Of a stretch of 64,000 nucleotides of DNA, positions 31,627 to 40,925 are shown piece by piece. The stretch is from assembly GCA_964556485.1 (NCBI GenBank), contig CAZKVV010000005.1:16326-80325 (forward strand), given 5' to 3'. Position numbers and translations under genes: made by a program. Every line of letters starts with the position of its first letter. Position 1 is the stretch's first letter. Source of the DNA: an uncultured Pseudomonadales bacterium (GTDB lineage Bacteria; Patescibacteriota; Microgenomatia; UBA1400; PJMF01). The notes beneath the pieces are model-generated. The model made no database searches, was not told the origin of the DNA, and worked only from the letters and a program-made list of their open reading frames with translations.

Positions 31627-31986
31627 TCAAGAGCCTTTAAATCTTTTCTGAGGTTTTTTTGACTGTTTCTGTCTTAGCAGCATTGATTGGTTCTTCTGCT
31701 TTTTCTCACTGTCTTTTTGGATGATTTCTTCAGGTTCGTCAGCAAGCATACTTGCCATACTCGTTGCCATGTGCGCAAAGATCTCAACTGCAGTCATGTT
31801 GCTACTTGGTATGAGTCCTTCAACAAACAGCGCCTCTTTGATTGTTTCAAACTCTTCAGAGAAATTTTTTTTAAGTTCTTCGCCATCTTTTGACTGCAAA
31901 AAATGAGCAAATCCCACTCCAGCAACAGCACCTAATCCAAAACCTGTAGCAAATGATCCCCCAACGTCCTGACTATTTTTTTCCAT
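31627..31986 (-). CDS. YtxH-like (DUF948-associated) small membrane/coiled-coil protein
   Basis: Gly-zipper FATGFGLGAVAGVGFA followed by a charged helix. The likely start is MEKNSQ (31986). Confidence 0.5.
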   Translation of the reverse strand: MEKNSQDVGGSFATGFGLGAVAGVGFAHFLQSKDGEELKKNFSEEFETIKEALFVEGLIPSSNMTAVEIFAHMATSMASMLADEPEEIIQKDSEKKQKNQSMLLRQKQSKKPQKRFKGS

Positions 31987-32245
31987 GCTTTCCTTGTTGC
32001 ATAGAACTGACAAATACTTCAAGAAATTTAGCCCCTGTCTTAAAAGCGGATGTTGCAGATGCAATAGATTGCAATGGTGACACAATGCTTTCAACTTTTA
32101 ATTCGACTGTATCGATAGTGGAGTTAATTTTTTTCAGCATTGTTCGTAGTTCAGAAAGTGTCAAAAATACCTGGACTCCCACAACTGTTAAAACGATAGT
32201 TAATATGCCTAAAACAATACTAAAAACGATTGGTACTACATCCAT
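31973..32245 (-). CDS. DUF948-family membrane protein
   Basis: N-terminal TM IVFSIVLGILTIVLTVVGVQVF followed by a helical region. The likely start is MDVVP (32245). Confidence 0.5.
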   Translation of the reverse strand: MDVVPIVFSIVLGILTIVLTVVGVQVFLTLSELRTMLKKINSTIDTVELKVESIVSPLQSIASATSAFKTGAKFLEVFVSSMQQGKHGKK

Positions 32246-32343
32246 GGGACTCCTTTTGGTAGCTCTTATCAAACTGCTGCCTACTAGTTATCATACTGCA
32301 TGTCATATCAGATTGCCAACCAACACGACATTTACTATCAACA

Positions 32344-32988
32344 TTAATAGCGCACATATACAGTCCGCTTCTCTGTACTGGTCTTACCTTTTCTATCAGT
32401 AGCATCAATCACGATTGAAGCAATACCCTCTGCAGAAAAAAATAATTCCGTAGAAAACGCGCCATCTGACTGCAAGGTCACCGGTTGCTCATTTACCATC
32501 ACAATGGCATCAGGTTCTGTTGTTCCAGCGACAACCACTTTTGAAGCAACTTGTGTTTGATTTTCAGGTTCAAAAATTTCCAGTGAAGGTGGTCTCGTTA
32601 ATGCGAACCACTGAACACCCACATATCCGAGCAAGCCAACAAAAATACCCACCAAAGCAACAAAAACGACAGTAACAGAACTAAACTGCAAACGAGGTCT
32701 AAGCACTGGAGTAATAAATTCTCGAGGAACTAGAACACCTTTTGCGCTTTCTTTATAATCACGGCGCAAGAGTGCAATTAGCGGCTGATAGTCAAAACCA
32801 AATATTTTGCCATAGGTTTTGATAAATCCTTTGACAAAAGTTGCTGAAGGAAGCAATGCAAAGTTATTTTCTTCAAGTGCGGTCAAATACTCAGCACGAA
32901 TGCGAGTTTTTTTAGCCAAGTCTTCAATGCGGTACCGACGGCTGACCCGCTCATCTCTGAGCATTTCTCCAACAGTGCGTGTTTTCAT
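32344..32988 (-). CDS. RodZ-like cytoskeleton/HTH membrane protein
   Basis: N-terminal XRE-type HTH (IEDLAKKTRIRAEYLTALEENNF), a central TM and a C-terminal periplasmic domain. Confidence 0.65.
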   Translation of the reverse strand: MKTRTVGEMLRDERVSRRYRIEDLAKKTRIRAEYLTALEENNFALLPSATFVKGFIKTYGKIFGFDYQPLIALLRRDYKESAKGVLVPREFITPVLRPRLQFSSVTVVFVALVGIFVGLLGYVGVQWFALTRPPSLEIFEPENQTQVASKVVVAGTTEPDAIVMVNEQPVTLQSDGAFSTELFFSAEGIASIVIDATDRKGKTSTEKRTVYVRY

Positions 32989-33004
32989 GTAAGTGTTGAA
33001 CTGA

Positions 33005-33436
33005 CTACTGAAGTGCAGCTTTTACCACACTTGAGATACGAGATCCATCTGCTTGACCAGCAGCCTTAGCTACCACCTGACCAATGATTTTGCCCATATT
33101 TTTGTCTTCTGAAGAAGCAACGACTTCTGCAACTAAGGCTTCAAGGGCTTCGTCACTCATTTGTTTTGGTAAATATTCTTCAAGAATAGCCATTTTTTGC
33201 ATTTCTTCTGCAACGACATCATCTTTGCCAGCTTTTTTGTACTCTTCAAGAGTTTCTTTCATTTGCTTTACTTGTCTGGCAATTAATTTGTGAATTTGCT
33301 CTTCTGATTGCTCGCCTTCATCAATTTCTACATTTTTAATTTCGGATAGCAAGAAACGAAGGGTGTTAAGTCGAACACTATCTCTTGCCTTCATGGCATC
33401 TTTAATTGACTGCATCAATGTGACTTTGAAATCCAT
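33005..33436 (-). CDS. yqeY: GatB/YqeY-domain protein
   Basis: 144 aa from MDFKVTLMQSIKDAMKARD, giving a YqeY-like profile. The ORF track's longer N-terminal extension is rejected. Confidence 0.7.
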   Translation of the reverse strand: MDFKVTLMQSIKDAMKARDSVRLNTLRFLLSEIKNVEIDEGEQSEEQIHKLIARQVKQMKETLEEYKKAGKDDVVAEEMQKMAILEEYLPKQMSDEALEALVAEVVASSEDKNMGKIIGQVVAKAAGQADGSRISSVVKAALQ

Positions 33437-33516
33437 AGTAGTACTCCTGCTAGCTGGTACGTAAACAATAGCTGCATTGTAACACGTTTCTGTCTTATAT
33501 TTGTTACAATAGCAAC

Positions 33517-34266
33517 GTGATACAACGAGATTTAACCCCTTACGAAGCAACTCAATTAGCACGACATAGCATGTCTGCAGAGATGGTTGTAGATCCATAC
33601 AAACCCATTGAGTACTATACTGGAGTCGTTGACTTCTTAGGCCTAGAGTTAAGTGTCACCCCAGATGTACTAATCCCCAGAATTGAAACTGAAGAGCTCG
33701 TAGAAAAGGTGCTCAGCATCATTGTAAAACAGCAGAAAAAAACACCACTGACGATTGCTGATGTTGGTACCGGTAGTGGTGCAATAGCAGTGACCCTCAG
33801 TTGGTTGCTTTCAGAAAAAGACATCACACACCGTATTACTGCTACCGATATTTCACCTGCTGCTCTGGCAGTTGCTCAAAAAAATGCTGCAAGTATCCTG
33901 GAAAACTCCCCAGCTATCATTTCATTTAGCCAAGAACATTTGCTATCACAAGAAACAAACCCATTTGATTACATCGTTGCTAACCTTCCGTACATTCCAT
34001 CAACAAGAATTGCTACATTACCCAAAAGCGTTATTGACTACGAACCGCATATGGCTCTCGATGGCGGCCCAGATGGCATGGCTTTAATCACAGAACTTAT
34101 TAATCAAGCTACACAGCTCTTGGTTTCAGATGGTACACTCTTCTTGGAGGTGGATGACACTCACACATCGCAGCTTTGGGAAACCCATCGTCAAAACTGG
34201 AATGTTGAAATCCTCACTGATATCTTTGGTAAAAATCGTTTTGCGCTACTAACAAAAAAACTATGA
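33517..34266 (+). CDS. prmC: HemK/PrmC-family protein-(glutamine-N5) methyltransferase
   Basis: SAM motif VGTGSGAI and an NLPY (NPPY-like) motif. Confidence 0.65.
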   Translation: MIQRDLTPYEATQLARHSMSAEMVVDPYKPIEYYTGVVDFLGLELSVTPDVLIPRIETEELVEKVLSIIVKQQKKTPLTIADVGTGSGAIAVTLSWLLSEKDITHRITATDISPAALAVAQKNAASILENSPAIISFSQEHLLSQETNPFDYIVANLPYIPSTRIATLPKSVIDYEPHMALDGGPDGMALITELINQATQLLVSDGTLFLEVDDTHTSQLWETHRQNWNVEILTDIFGKNRFALLTKKL

Positions 34267-35324
34267 CAGCAACTCAAATACCCACAACAATCATTACTGG
34301 ATTTCTAGGTGCCGGCAAAACAACTATCATCACTAATCTTATAGATGAGTTACAACAATCCGGAGTAAAAGTTGCATATATCAAGAATGAAATTGGCGCA
34401 GTCGATATTGATACCAAGATATTCAAAGGAAAAGACATTAAAACAACAGAATTGCTTAACGGGTGTATCTGCTGCACTTTGGTTGGCCCTTTTGCCTCAG
34501 CAGTTGATGAACTGGTGGCAACTTTTTCACCTACACGTATTATTATTGAGGCTTCTGGAGCAGCAGACCCAGCTGCATTAGCACTGATGGTTTCTAGTCA
34601 TCCAAAACTGTTTCGAGATGGCGTAATCAGCATCATTGACGTGACACAGTTTGAAGGTTTCCTTGATTTAAGCATCACAGCTCAAAGACAGACGCAATTT
34701 ACAGATTTGATTATTTTTAACAAAGTTGAACAAGCAGATTTAGAGCGTAAAAAAATCGTTGTGGGATATGTTCGAGAACTCAACGCACATTCACCTATTA
34801 TTGAGGCAGTTGGAGGTAAAGTTTCTAGCAAATTGTTGTTTGGATTAAGTCCAACAACCGTTGATGCACTTCTCACTGAACTTAATAAACTAGAAGATGA
34901 AACAATACATGATCATGTGCATGAAGATGAGTTTGAAAGTTTCAGTATCAGTACCGAAAAGAGCTATAGTCCAGAAACAATTCTACAATTCTTTCAAGAA
35001 ATACCCAAAAATATCTTTAGAACTAAAGGTCTCTTTAAAACTGCCGACTCGAAGTGGTTTATTCAAAATGGCGTGGGAGGAAAAGTAACAACTGATCCAA
35101 TTGATCAAGAACTAACTGAAACAAAATCAACCTTTGTGTTTATTGGTAAACACTGTGAAGATCAAAAAGCAACTATTCAGAAAAGTTTGTTAGAAATTGC
35201 ATTGTTACTACTTATATCCATTTCTATTGCCGGCTGTACACAGAAAAAATATGAACCACTCATTGGTCGTTCCCAAACAGACGACCCAAATGTGCACATC
35301 ATTGATGATGCTACTAACAACTAA
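34263..35324 (+). CDS. COG0523 (CobW/YciC/ZigA-like) G3E-family metallochaperone GTPase
   Basis: GFLGAGKTT P-loop, GCICC metal-binding motif and a CobW C-terminal-like domain. Confidence 0.8.
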   Translation: MTATQIPTTIITGFLGAGKTTIITNLIDELQQSGVKVAYIKNEIGAVDIDTKIFKGKDIKTTELLNGCICCTLVGPFASAVDELVATFSPTRIIIEASGAADPAALALMVSSHPKLFRDGVISIIDVTQFEGFLDLSITAQRQTQFTDLIIFNKVEQADLERKKIVVGYVRELNAHSPIIEAVGGKVSSKLLFGLSPTTVDALLTELNKLEDETIHDHVHEDEFESFSISTEKSYSPETILQFFQEIPKNIFRTKGLFKTADSKWFIQNGVGGKVTTDPIDQELTETKSTFVFIGKHCEDQKATIQKSLLEIALLLLISISIAGCTQKKYEPLIGRSQTDDPNVHIIDDATNN

Positions 35325-35328
35325 TCCC

Positions 35329-36093
35329 CTACTCGTTCGAACTTTGATTGTGATACCGACAGAGCTCTGGAGGGAGCCGACGAACACCAACGAAATTTGC
35401 TTGCTCTTCAACAATGTGAGCAATGCTTCCCGCAGCCTTAGCTACTGCAAATAAAGCATTTCCAACTGCTGGTGGTAATTTCAGGGTTAGCAGCAGTGCC
35501 GCCATAGCTCCATCAATATTCAGCACTCTCAGAGTGCCCGTCTGCTCCTCAAGTATGAGTTCAACTTGCTTTGCAATATTAAGATACTCAATGTCGATCT
35601 CTTCATTTCGCGCTACTGCAAACATCTGGCGTGCTCGTGGATCACTTTTTGTATATACCGCATGACCAAAACCTGGCACACGCTCCCCAGCTGCTAACTT
35701 TTTTAGTATCGTTTCTCTTGCAGCTTTTTCTACGTCATCTTGGCTTGAAATAGCCACAAACAGTTCCATGGCGGCTGACACCGCACCTCCATGCATCGGA
35801 CCTAAAGTAAGTAGTCCTGCAGCTATTGCAGTAGTCGGCTCAACCCCTGACGAAGCGGCAACTCTTGGGACAAAACCACTGGCAGGACTCAAACCCTGAT
35901 CAAGGGCAGCAGTAAGCACTGCATTAAAAATGCACAACTCAGATTGGCTTGCGCGCCTACCCGACAATGACAAAAAAAAGGCACTACAAAAATTTGCTTC
36001 AGAAATGAGTGTGGAAATTGTTGCACCGCGTATGACAATTTCACCATCCGCAACTCCACTTACATTTGTATCAAAAGTGAGATCTCCAGCCAT
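35329..36093 (-). CDS. short citrate-synthase-family protein (citryl-CoA lyase-like, 254 aa)
   Basis: RVPGFGHAVYTKSDPR matches the citrate-synthase active-site region. It lacks the N-terminal half of canonical citrate synthases. Confidence 0.6.
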   Translation of the reverse strand: MAGDLTFDTNVSGVADGEIVIRGATISTLISEANFCSAFFLSLSGRRASQSELCIFNAVLTAALDQGLSPASGFVPRVAASSGVEPTTAIAAGLLTLGPMHGGAVSAAMELFVAISSQDDVEKAARETILKKLAAGERVPGFGHAVYTKSDPRARQMFAVARNEEIDIEYLNIAKQVELILEEQTGTLRVLNIDGAMAALLLTLKLPPAVGNALFAVAKAAGSIAHIVEEQANFVGVRRLPPELCRYHNQSSNE

Positions 36094-36345
36094 ACAGACA
36101 TAGTATCACAACCAACAGCAATTATTCTGCATCGTGGTCTGAATTAGAACTTTGTGAAGCCATCGGTCTTAAATTTTCGGTGGCAAAATAGTGATACTTC
36201 CTTAACAAGTTGAAGTACTGTCGCTCCTCTGGAGTGTTTGCAAAGTATTGAAATAACTTAGGGTGTAAAACTTGAATCATACTACTTGTGATTCTACAGT
36301 TACTTGAGCATTTTCACAAAGTGTAGCGGATGTGTACAGAAGAAA

Positions 36346-36690
36346 TTACTCGAGCTGATGTTGCAATTCTGATAATTTTTGCAACAAGTGTTTTGCTTGC
36401 TCAGACTCAAAAACAGTATTAATAACCGGAATGTAATTAACAGTCTTAAGTGTCTCAAGAGTTAGACTAACCACTATCCAAGCAACCAGAGTACCACCAA
36501 TAACCACACTAAATCCTTGCAACATGCCATTCATAAGTCTGTTTTTGAATGAAGTCAGCTTTACCATTTCTTTAGTTAGCTTTGCTACCTCGAGGCGCAA
36601 CAATACTAACTCACTCAACTCCTGTTCTTCTATTTCAACTAATAACGGAGTAGTTTCAGACATTGCTGATTGGGTACTTTTTTCGCTCAT
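36346..36690 (-). CDS. hypothetical small membrane protein (114 aa, coiled-coil N-terminus plus one TM)
   Basis: ORF with a TM VIGGTLVAWIVVSLTL. Confidence 0.4.
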   Translation of the reverse strand: MSEKSTQSAMSETTPLLVEIEEQELSELVLLRLEVAKLTKEMVKLTSFKNRLMNGMLQGFSVVIGGTLVAWIVVSLTLETLKTVNYIPVINTVFESEQAKHLLQKLSELQHQLE

Positions 36691-36732
36691 AGCTTCAGTA
36701 TACGTTGTATCGATAACTAAATCAGCAACCAG

Positions 36733-38784
36733 CTATTTTTGTACAAGCACATTGTCTGTCAAACCTAATACTCGCAAACCTTGCCATAAGAGCAATGCTT
36801 CATGCAAATACTTAGTTTCCTCAGGATTTGATGTCGGAAATACCATATAATCAGCAACCGACTCGCCCGGCATTAAGATGACAGACTGCCCTGGCATAGA
36901 GCCTGGTCGTGTATTTCGTTTACCTTGAGAATCCGCTGTAGCAGCCCACCAACCTGGAGCTACAAATACAGGTACTGAAGTTTCGGGGTTACTAGCATCT
37001 GGTTTGATACTAAAACCTGAGGTCGGCATATGACCACCAACCACTATTCCAGGCTTTGTTTGCGAGTATAAATCATACACTCTGGTATGTCCAAAAGTTG
37101 GTCTAAATTGAGATCCATGCTTATCTAAACCATCCAAAGCTAGCATGGTATAGTTTGGTCTCAAACTTGAGAAATTTCTTGGTCCAACAGAAAGCTGTAT
37201 GGTTGAATGGTGAGCAATGAGTGGCGCATGCAGTTTGTCAGACAAATATGTGCCAGCAGGTATTGGTCCTTGTCCAATTTCTTTACCAGCACTACTCTTC
37301 CAAGCTTTCTGTCGCAGATTACCATCATGCATAATAGCAAGTATTTGTTCTGGATACTCGGCCCCTAAACGAATTACTTTATCCAATATTTCTTTTCTTT
37401 TGGAATCCGCAGCAACTTCTTGATCGACAATGTTACGAAGTAATGCAACCAATGCATGTGGATTATTTTTCAACCTATCAGTAAAGTAGTGTTCCAAAGC
37501 ACTCAATCCTTCGGAATTTGATCCAGCTCTCACATTTTGTATCAACTCAACGGCAACAGGCAATTTGCTTTCGACGTCAAAGTGAGCTCTTGAGTATTGA
37601 GGCGACAAGTCTTCATGCCATCTGTCATAGATCGTTCCATCTTTTGAAACACTTGGTGTTTCATCGTAGGGAACTGAAACTCGTTTCGATTTTCTCTTAT
37701 TGAAAGTTACTATTGGTTTTTCTTCTACCTCTTGGTGAATTTTCTCAATCATTTCTGCCGTCATGCCTTGAGTTTCAAGATCGTTCAGCAATTGCATGGC
37801 AGAAAATGCCATTAATCCATGCTCATAGGTTGCAAATGGATAATTTTGTTCCAATTTTCTTGAGTTTCGCTTCTTTCTTGGAGAAAAAATAACACCTTGA
37901 CCAACAGTATCCGTTGGAGGTGCACCAAGTTTTGTGCCAAAGCGATCGGAAGGCAGATTGGGGTTTGACCCTTTAATGGTTCCTGATTGCACCATTACCA
38001 TAGCTTGTTGCACTGAATCAGTGTTCGTGTCTTTAGCCATATATTCTTTAGCAACACCCGAACGATGCAGATGAGCGCCTGTCGATACATTTGGTCTACC
38101 TGGCAAAGATTCATGCACCAAGGCTTTTCGTAAACCAAAAACCCTATCAAAATCACTCTTTCCAGGTGGATTGTGAAAAATACGTAAAGATTGCTTATGT
38201 CCATTCTTAAACGCCAATTCAATTTGACCGCCATTTTTGATGAGTGGAATTTCGTAGCCTTCAACCATATCTTTCCAAGGATTAATTGTTGAGGAATCTT
38301 GAGCCCAACCCGGATGTCCCCAATAACCTACAACCATACCTATCACTTTTCCCGATTCGGCAAGTGGTCCTAAAAATACCTCCCTAAATAACTCGATTTG
38401 CTGACGAACATCTATGGGCGTGCGTGCTGTATTAGTATCCAAATATGGAGCCTTCAGACCTTCAATTTCATCTCCTAAGAGCACCACGCATGTATCGGGC
38501 TGGGAAAGAATCATGTCTCTGATTTCAATCATTTTGTCATGATCAGTCGCAATACTACCTACGTGAAGATCGCCCAATGTTAGCACCATTACTGGCCTGT
38601 CATGAGGAATTTCTATCTGTACAAAATCTAAACCTTGATCAGCCCGTTCTGCGATCTGAAGTCCGCGAATGGCATCTAGCTGAGCTTTGGCAATAACTGC
38701 TTGAGAAGGAATGGCAGGTTCTACTTTTTTTACTTTAAAGCGTGCTGCTTGCTCACCTTTACCAGTTTTTTCTTTTCCAGCCAT
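36733..38784 (-). CDS. calcineurin-like metallophosphoesterase-domain protein with about 450 aa of uncharacterised C-terminal sequence
   Basis: Motifs VLTLGDLHVGS (GDxHxG, Mre11/SbcD-like), VVLLGDEIEG and GYWGHPGW in the first about 200 aa. The start is taken at MAGKEK (38784). Confidence 0.55.
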   Translation of the reverse strand: MAGKEKTGKGEQAARFKVKKVEPAIPSQAVIAKAQLDAIRGLQIAERADQGLDFVQIEIPHDRPVMVLTLGDLHVGSIATDHDKMIEIRDMILSQPDTCVVLLGDEIEGLKAPYLDTNTARTPIDVRQQIELFREVFLGPLAESGKVIGMVVGYWGHPGWAQDSSTINPWKDMVEGYEIPLIKNGGQIELAFKNGHKQSLRIFHNPPGKSDFDRVFGLRKALVHESLPGRPNVSTGAHLHRSGVAKEYMAKDTNTDSVQQAMVMVQSGTIKGSNPNLPSDRFGTKLGAPPTDTVGQGVIFSPRKKRNSRKLEQNYPFATYEHGLMAFSAMQLLNDLETQGMTAEMIEKIHQEVEEKPIVTFNKRKSKRVSVPYDETPSVSKDGTIYDRWHEDLSPQYSRAHFDVESKLPVAVELIQNVRAGSNSEGLSALEHYFTDRLKNNPHALVALLRNIVDQEVAADSKRKEILDKVIRLGAEYPEQILAIMHDGNLRQKAWKSSAGKEIGQGPIPAGTYLSDKLHAPLIAHHSTIQLSVGPRNFSSLRPNYTMLALDGLDKHGSQFRPTFGHTRVYDLYSQTKPGIVVGGHMPTSGFSIKPDASNPETSVPVFVAPGWWAATADSQGKRNTRPGSMPGQSVILMPGESVADYMVFPTSNPEETKYLHEALLLWQGLRVLGLTDNVLVQK

Positions 38785-38902
38785 GAAGTTCCTCCTACAT
38801 CTTGTAGCTATTACTGCTACAAGACACAATACCTATACTCTTACTAGGTGTCAATACATCACTGCTGTGTTACTAAAAAAAGGAAGGATCAGAAAAGCAA
38901 AA

Positions 38903-39769
38903 CTACAAAATATCACTTTCTTTACTGACAGAACTTGCTTGTGGGAGAACATAAACATCTTGCTTGTAGTCATTTTCGCCAACGTATTCAGCTTCACCTG
39001 TTAAGATTTTTTCCAATGGTTTACATGCCTGACAACCCATGCCATTTGGACATTTATAATTTTGCAACTTTCTTACCAGCTTAATTTGCTTTGCAACTTG
39101 CAGAACCTTTTGATGCGCGTCTTCTAAATTTGGCAACTCTTTAGGAGTTAATTCATCTCTCAACCGAAGATACCAGTAACTAGCCTTAGCCACGGTTCTG
39201 TTTTGAGTGTTATGAACCAATAAATGATAGATGGGCAACTGTAAAGATGACTCATCTTCTTCAGTCTTACTTGTCTTGAAATCAATGATGTGCACGCTAT
39301 CTAAATCTGGCAAATATTCAAGCCAATCAACTTTTCCGCATAAAATGATATTTTCCTCTTCGGACAACCAGTAATGTGGCAAATCTTGTTTAATCTTTAC
39401 TGAAAGTTGCGCCAATGGGCCAGGATTCTGCATGATTCTACGAAGCATTTCTCGACCTTGTTCCTTATATTGCTCTTCATGATCTGCAGAAAAAAATCCA
39501 CCTCGCTTGCCACTAATTTTTTTCCAGGCATTTTCAAACGAAACAAGCAATGATGTCTTAAATCTATCTCTCGTTGGCAATAATGAGAGCGCTTCAACAA
39601 CCTCATGCACAGCAGAACCCAATGCCAAAGGTGCAGACATGAGTTGCACTTTATGACCAGTTTTGGGATCTTTATATACATTCTTGAGATAATATGAGCG
39701 AGGACACTTCAAAAAATCACTCATAGAAGAATGAGATACCCAAACTGCTGAAAACTTATCACCTGGCAT
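38903..39769 (-). CDS. Cas4-like/DUF83 PD-(D/E)XK exonuclease with a 4-Cys Fe-S cluster signature
   Basis: N-terminal Cys in FLKCPRSYYL, motif II ILCGKVDWL, motif III IIDFKTSK, QhxxY QLPIYHLL, and C-terminal CPNGMGCQAC. Confidence 0.65.
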   Translation of the reverse strand: MPGDKFSAVWVSHSSMSDFLKCPRSYYLKNVYKDPKTGHKVQLMSAPLALGSAVHEVVEALSLLPTRDRFKTSLLVSFENAWKKISGKRGGFFSADHEEQYKEQGREMLRRIMQNPGPLAQLSVKIKQDLPHYWLSEEENIILCGKVDWLEYLPDLDSVHIIDFKTSKTEEDESSLQLPIYHLLVHNTQNRTVAKASYWYLRLRDELTPKELPNLEDAHQKVLQVAKQIKLVRKLQNYKCPNGMGCQACKPLEKILTGEAEYVGENDYKQDVYVLPQASSVSKESDIL

Positions 39770-39859
39770 GTACTCCTTTACGCTGCTGATTCACTTCCCA
39801 ATAGTACCATGAAAATGTAACGCGCACTGTTACGCTTGCACAGCAACTTACCAATACTT

Positions 39860-40666
39860 TTACAAAGAAACTTCACCGGCTGCAGTAGCTTCTGAAGCAT
39901 CATCTCGTGGAGCAGTCTCAATAATTAAGGCTGGCAATACCACTTCAGTCACTACTGGATTTCCCAGATCTCCTGAAAGGAGCAAAAATGTTTCCGTTGT
40001 CACAGGTATCTGTACTGGCACAAACAACTTTTTTCTTTCTCCAGGGTTTATTTGCAACTGCTCAAAGAATGGTGGTGCGGGATAATCTACTGTTTTATGT
40101 CTCGCGCTCAAGTAAGTGTGTGCTTGTATCTGCTGCGCAGCTCCGGTGAGTCTCGTATCTGTCACTTCAAGTTGCAACACAAACAATGGTTTAGATGGAT
40201 CAATCAATGGATCGACTTCAATCTCAACTATGCTCAAATTTGGAATATAAAATAAATAGGAAAGATCAAATGCCAGTCCTCGGTCTTGCCACTGGGAATC
40301 AAGCGCATAGCCTAACGGGTCGAAAGTTGAAACAAAACTACCATCCTCTAACAAGGTTCTCATCACCAGTGACGCAGCTTGCGCAGCCACTGTAGCAACC
40401 TCTGAAGGTACCGGAGATTCAACTAAAACTGGAGGAGATACTGGAGGTGTAGTCGCGGCATTTCTGCCAACTATTACACCCACTGCACCAACAATACAAC
40501 CAATCACAAATAACCCAGAACCTATCAACACAACTTTGGGAATCTTCCCTGAAGAAGAACTCCTAGCACTGTTTGCAGTAGCAGCCGCTGCAGCTAATTC
40601 ATCAACACTTGGCTGCTGTAGAATTTCTCCTGTCTTGGGAGGGAGTGTGGACAATTCTTCTTGCAT
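39860..40666 (-). CDS. hypothetical membrane-anchored protein (268 aa) with a Pro-rich linker
   Basis: TM VVLIGSGLFVIGCIVGAVGVIV then PPVSPPVLVESPVPS and a globular domain. Confidence 0.45.
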   Translation of the reverse strand: MQEELSTLPPKTGEILQQPSVDELAAAAATANSARSSSSGKIPKVVLIGSGLFVIGCIVGAVGVIVGRNAATTPPVSPPVLVESPVPSEVATVAAQAASLVMRTLLEDGSFVSTFDPLGYALDSQWQDRGLAFDLSYLFYIPNLSIVEIEVDPLIDPSKPLFVLQLEVTDTRLTGAAQQIQAHTYLSARHKTVDYPAPPFFEQLQINPGERKKLFVPVQIPVTTETFLLLSGDLGNPVVTEVVLPALIIETAPRDDASEATAAGEVSL

Positions 40667-40667
40667 A

Positions 40668-40898
40668 TTATTCTAGATTTGAGAGATCCTCATCTACAAA
40701 TACTGTGGAGTCTACTTCCATTTCAAGTGTTTCGATGTCGTCTTGATCTGATAAGTCCTGGAGTTTCAACTCATCGGTGTTTAACTTAACTTCATCACGT
40801 GTTGTAGTTTGAGTGTCTTGAGTGGTAGGTTTTGCCACACAACCAGTTAAACCTAACGCTGCAAAAAACACCAGCATGCTCAAAAGTCTTTTTTTCAT
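40668..40898 (-). CDS. small acidic lipoprotein
   Basis: Signal peptide MKKRLLSMLVFFAALGLTGC with a lipobox LTGC. The start is at 40898 or 40916. Confidence 0.5.
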   Translation of the reverse strand: MKKRLLSMLVFFAALGLTGCVAKPTTQDTQTTTRDEVKLNTDELKLQDLSDQDDIETLEMEVDSTVFVDEDLSNLE

Positions 40899-40925
40899 AA
40901 ATGCAACCCAACTCATCTACTCAAT

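Noticed and set aside
33437-33598. N-terminal 54-codon extension of the yqeY ORF
   Set aside because: The extension is Cys/Tyr-rich and non-homologous. MDFKVT at 33436 matches the family start.
36122-36280. 52-aa minus-strand sORF (MIQVLHPKLFQYFANTPEERQYFNLLRKYHYF...) in the 252-nt spacer
   Set aside because: No SD or promoter is recognisable and there is no homology support. The spacer may instead hold the promoter region of the citrate-synthase-like gene.
38830-38902. Regulatory element between the phosphoesterase-fusion gene and the Cas4-like gene
   Set aside because: Only an AT-rich spacer with no clear hairpin or promoter consensus. Either separate transcription or read-through is possible.
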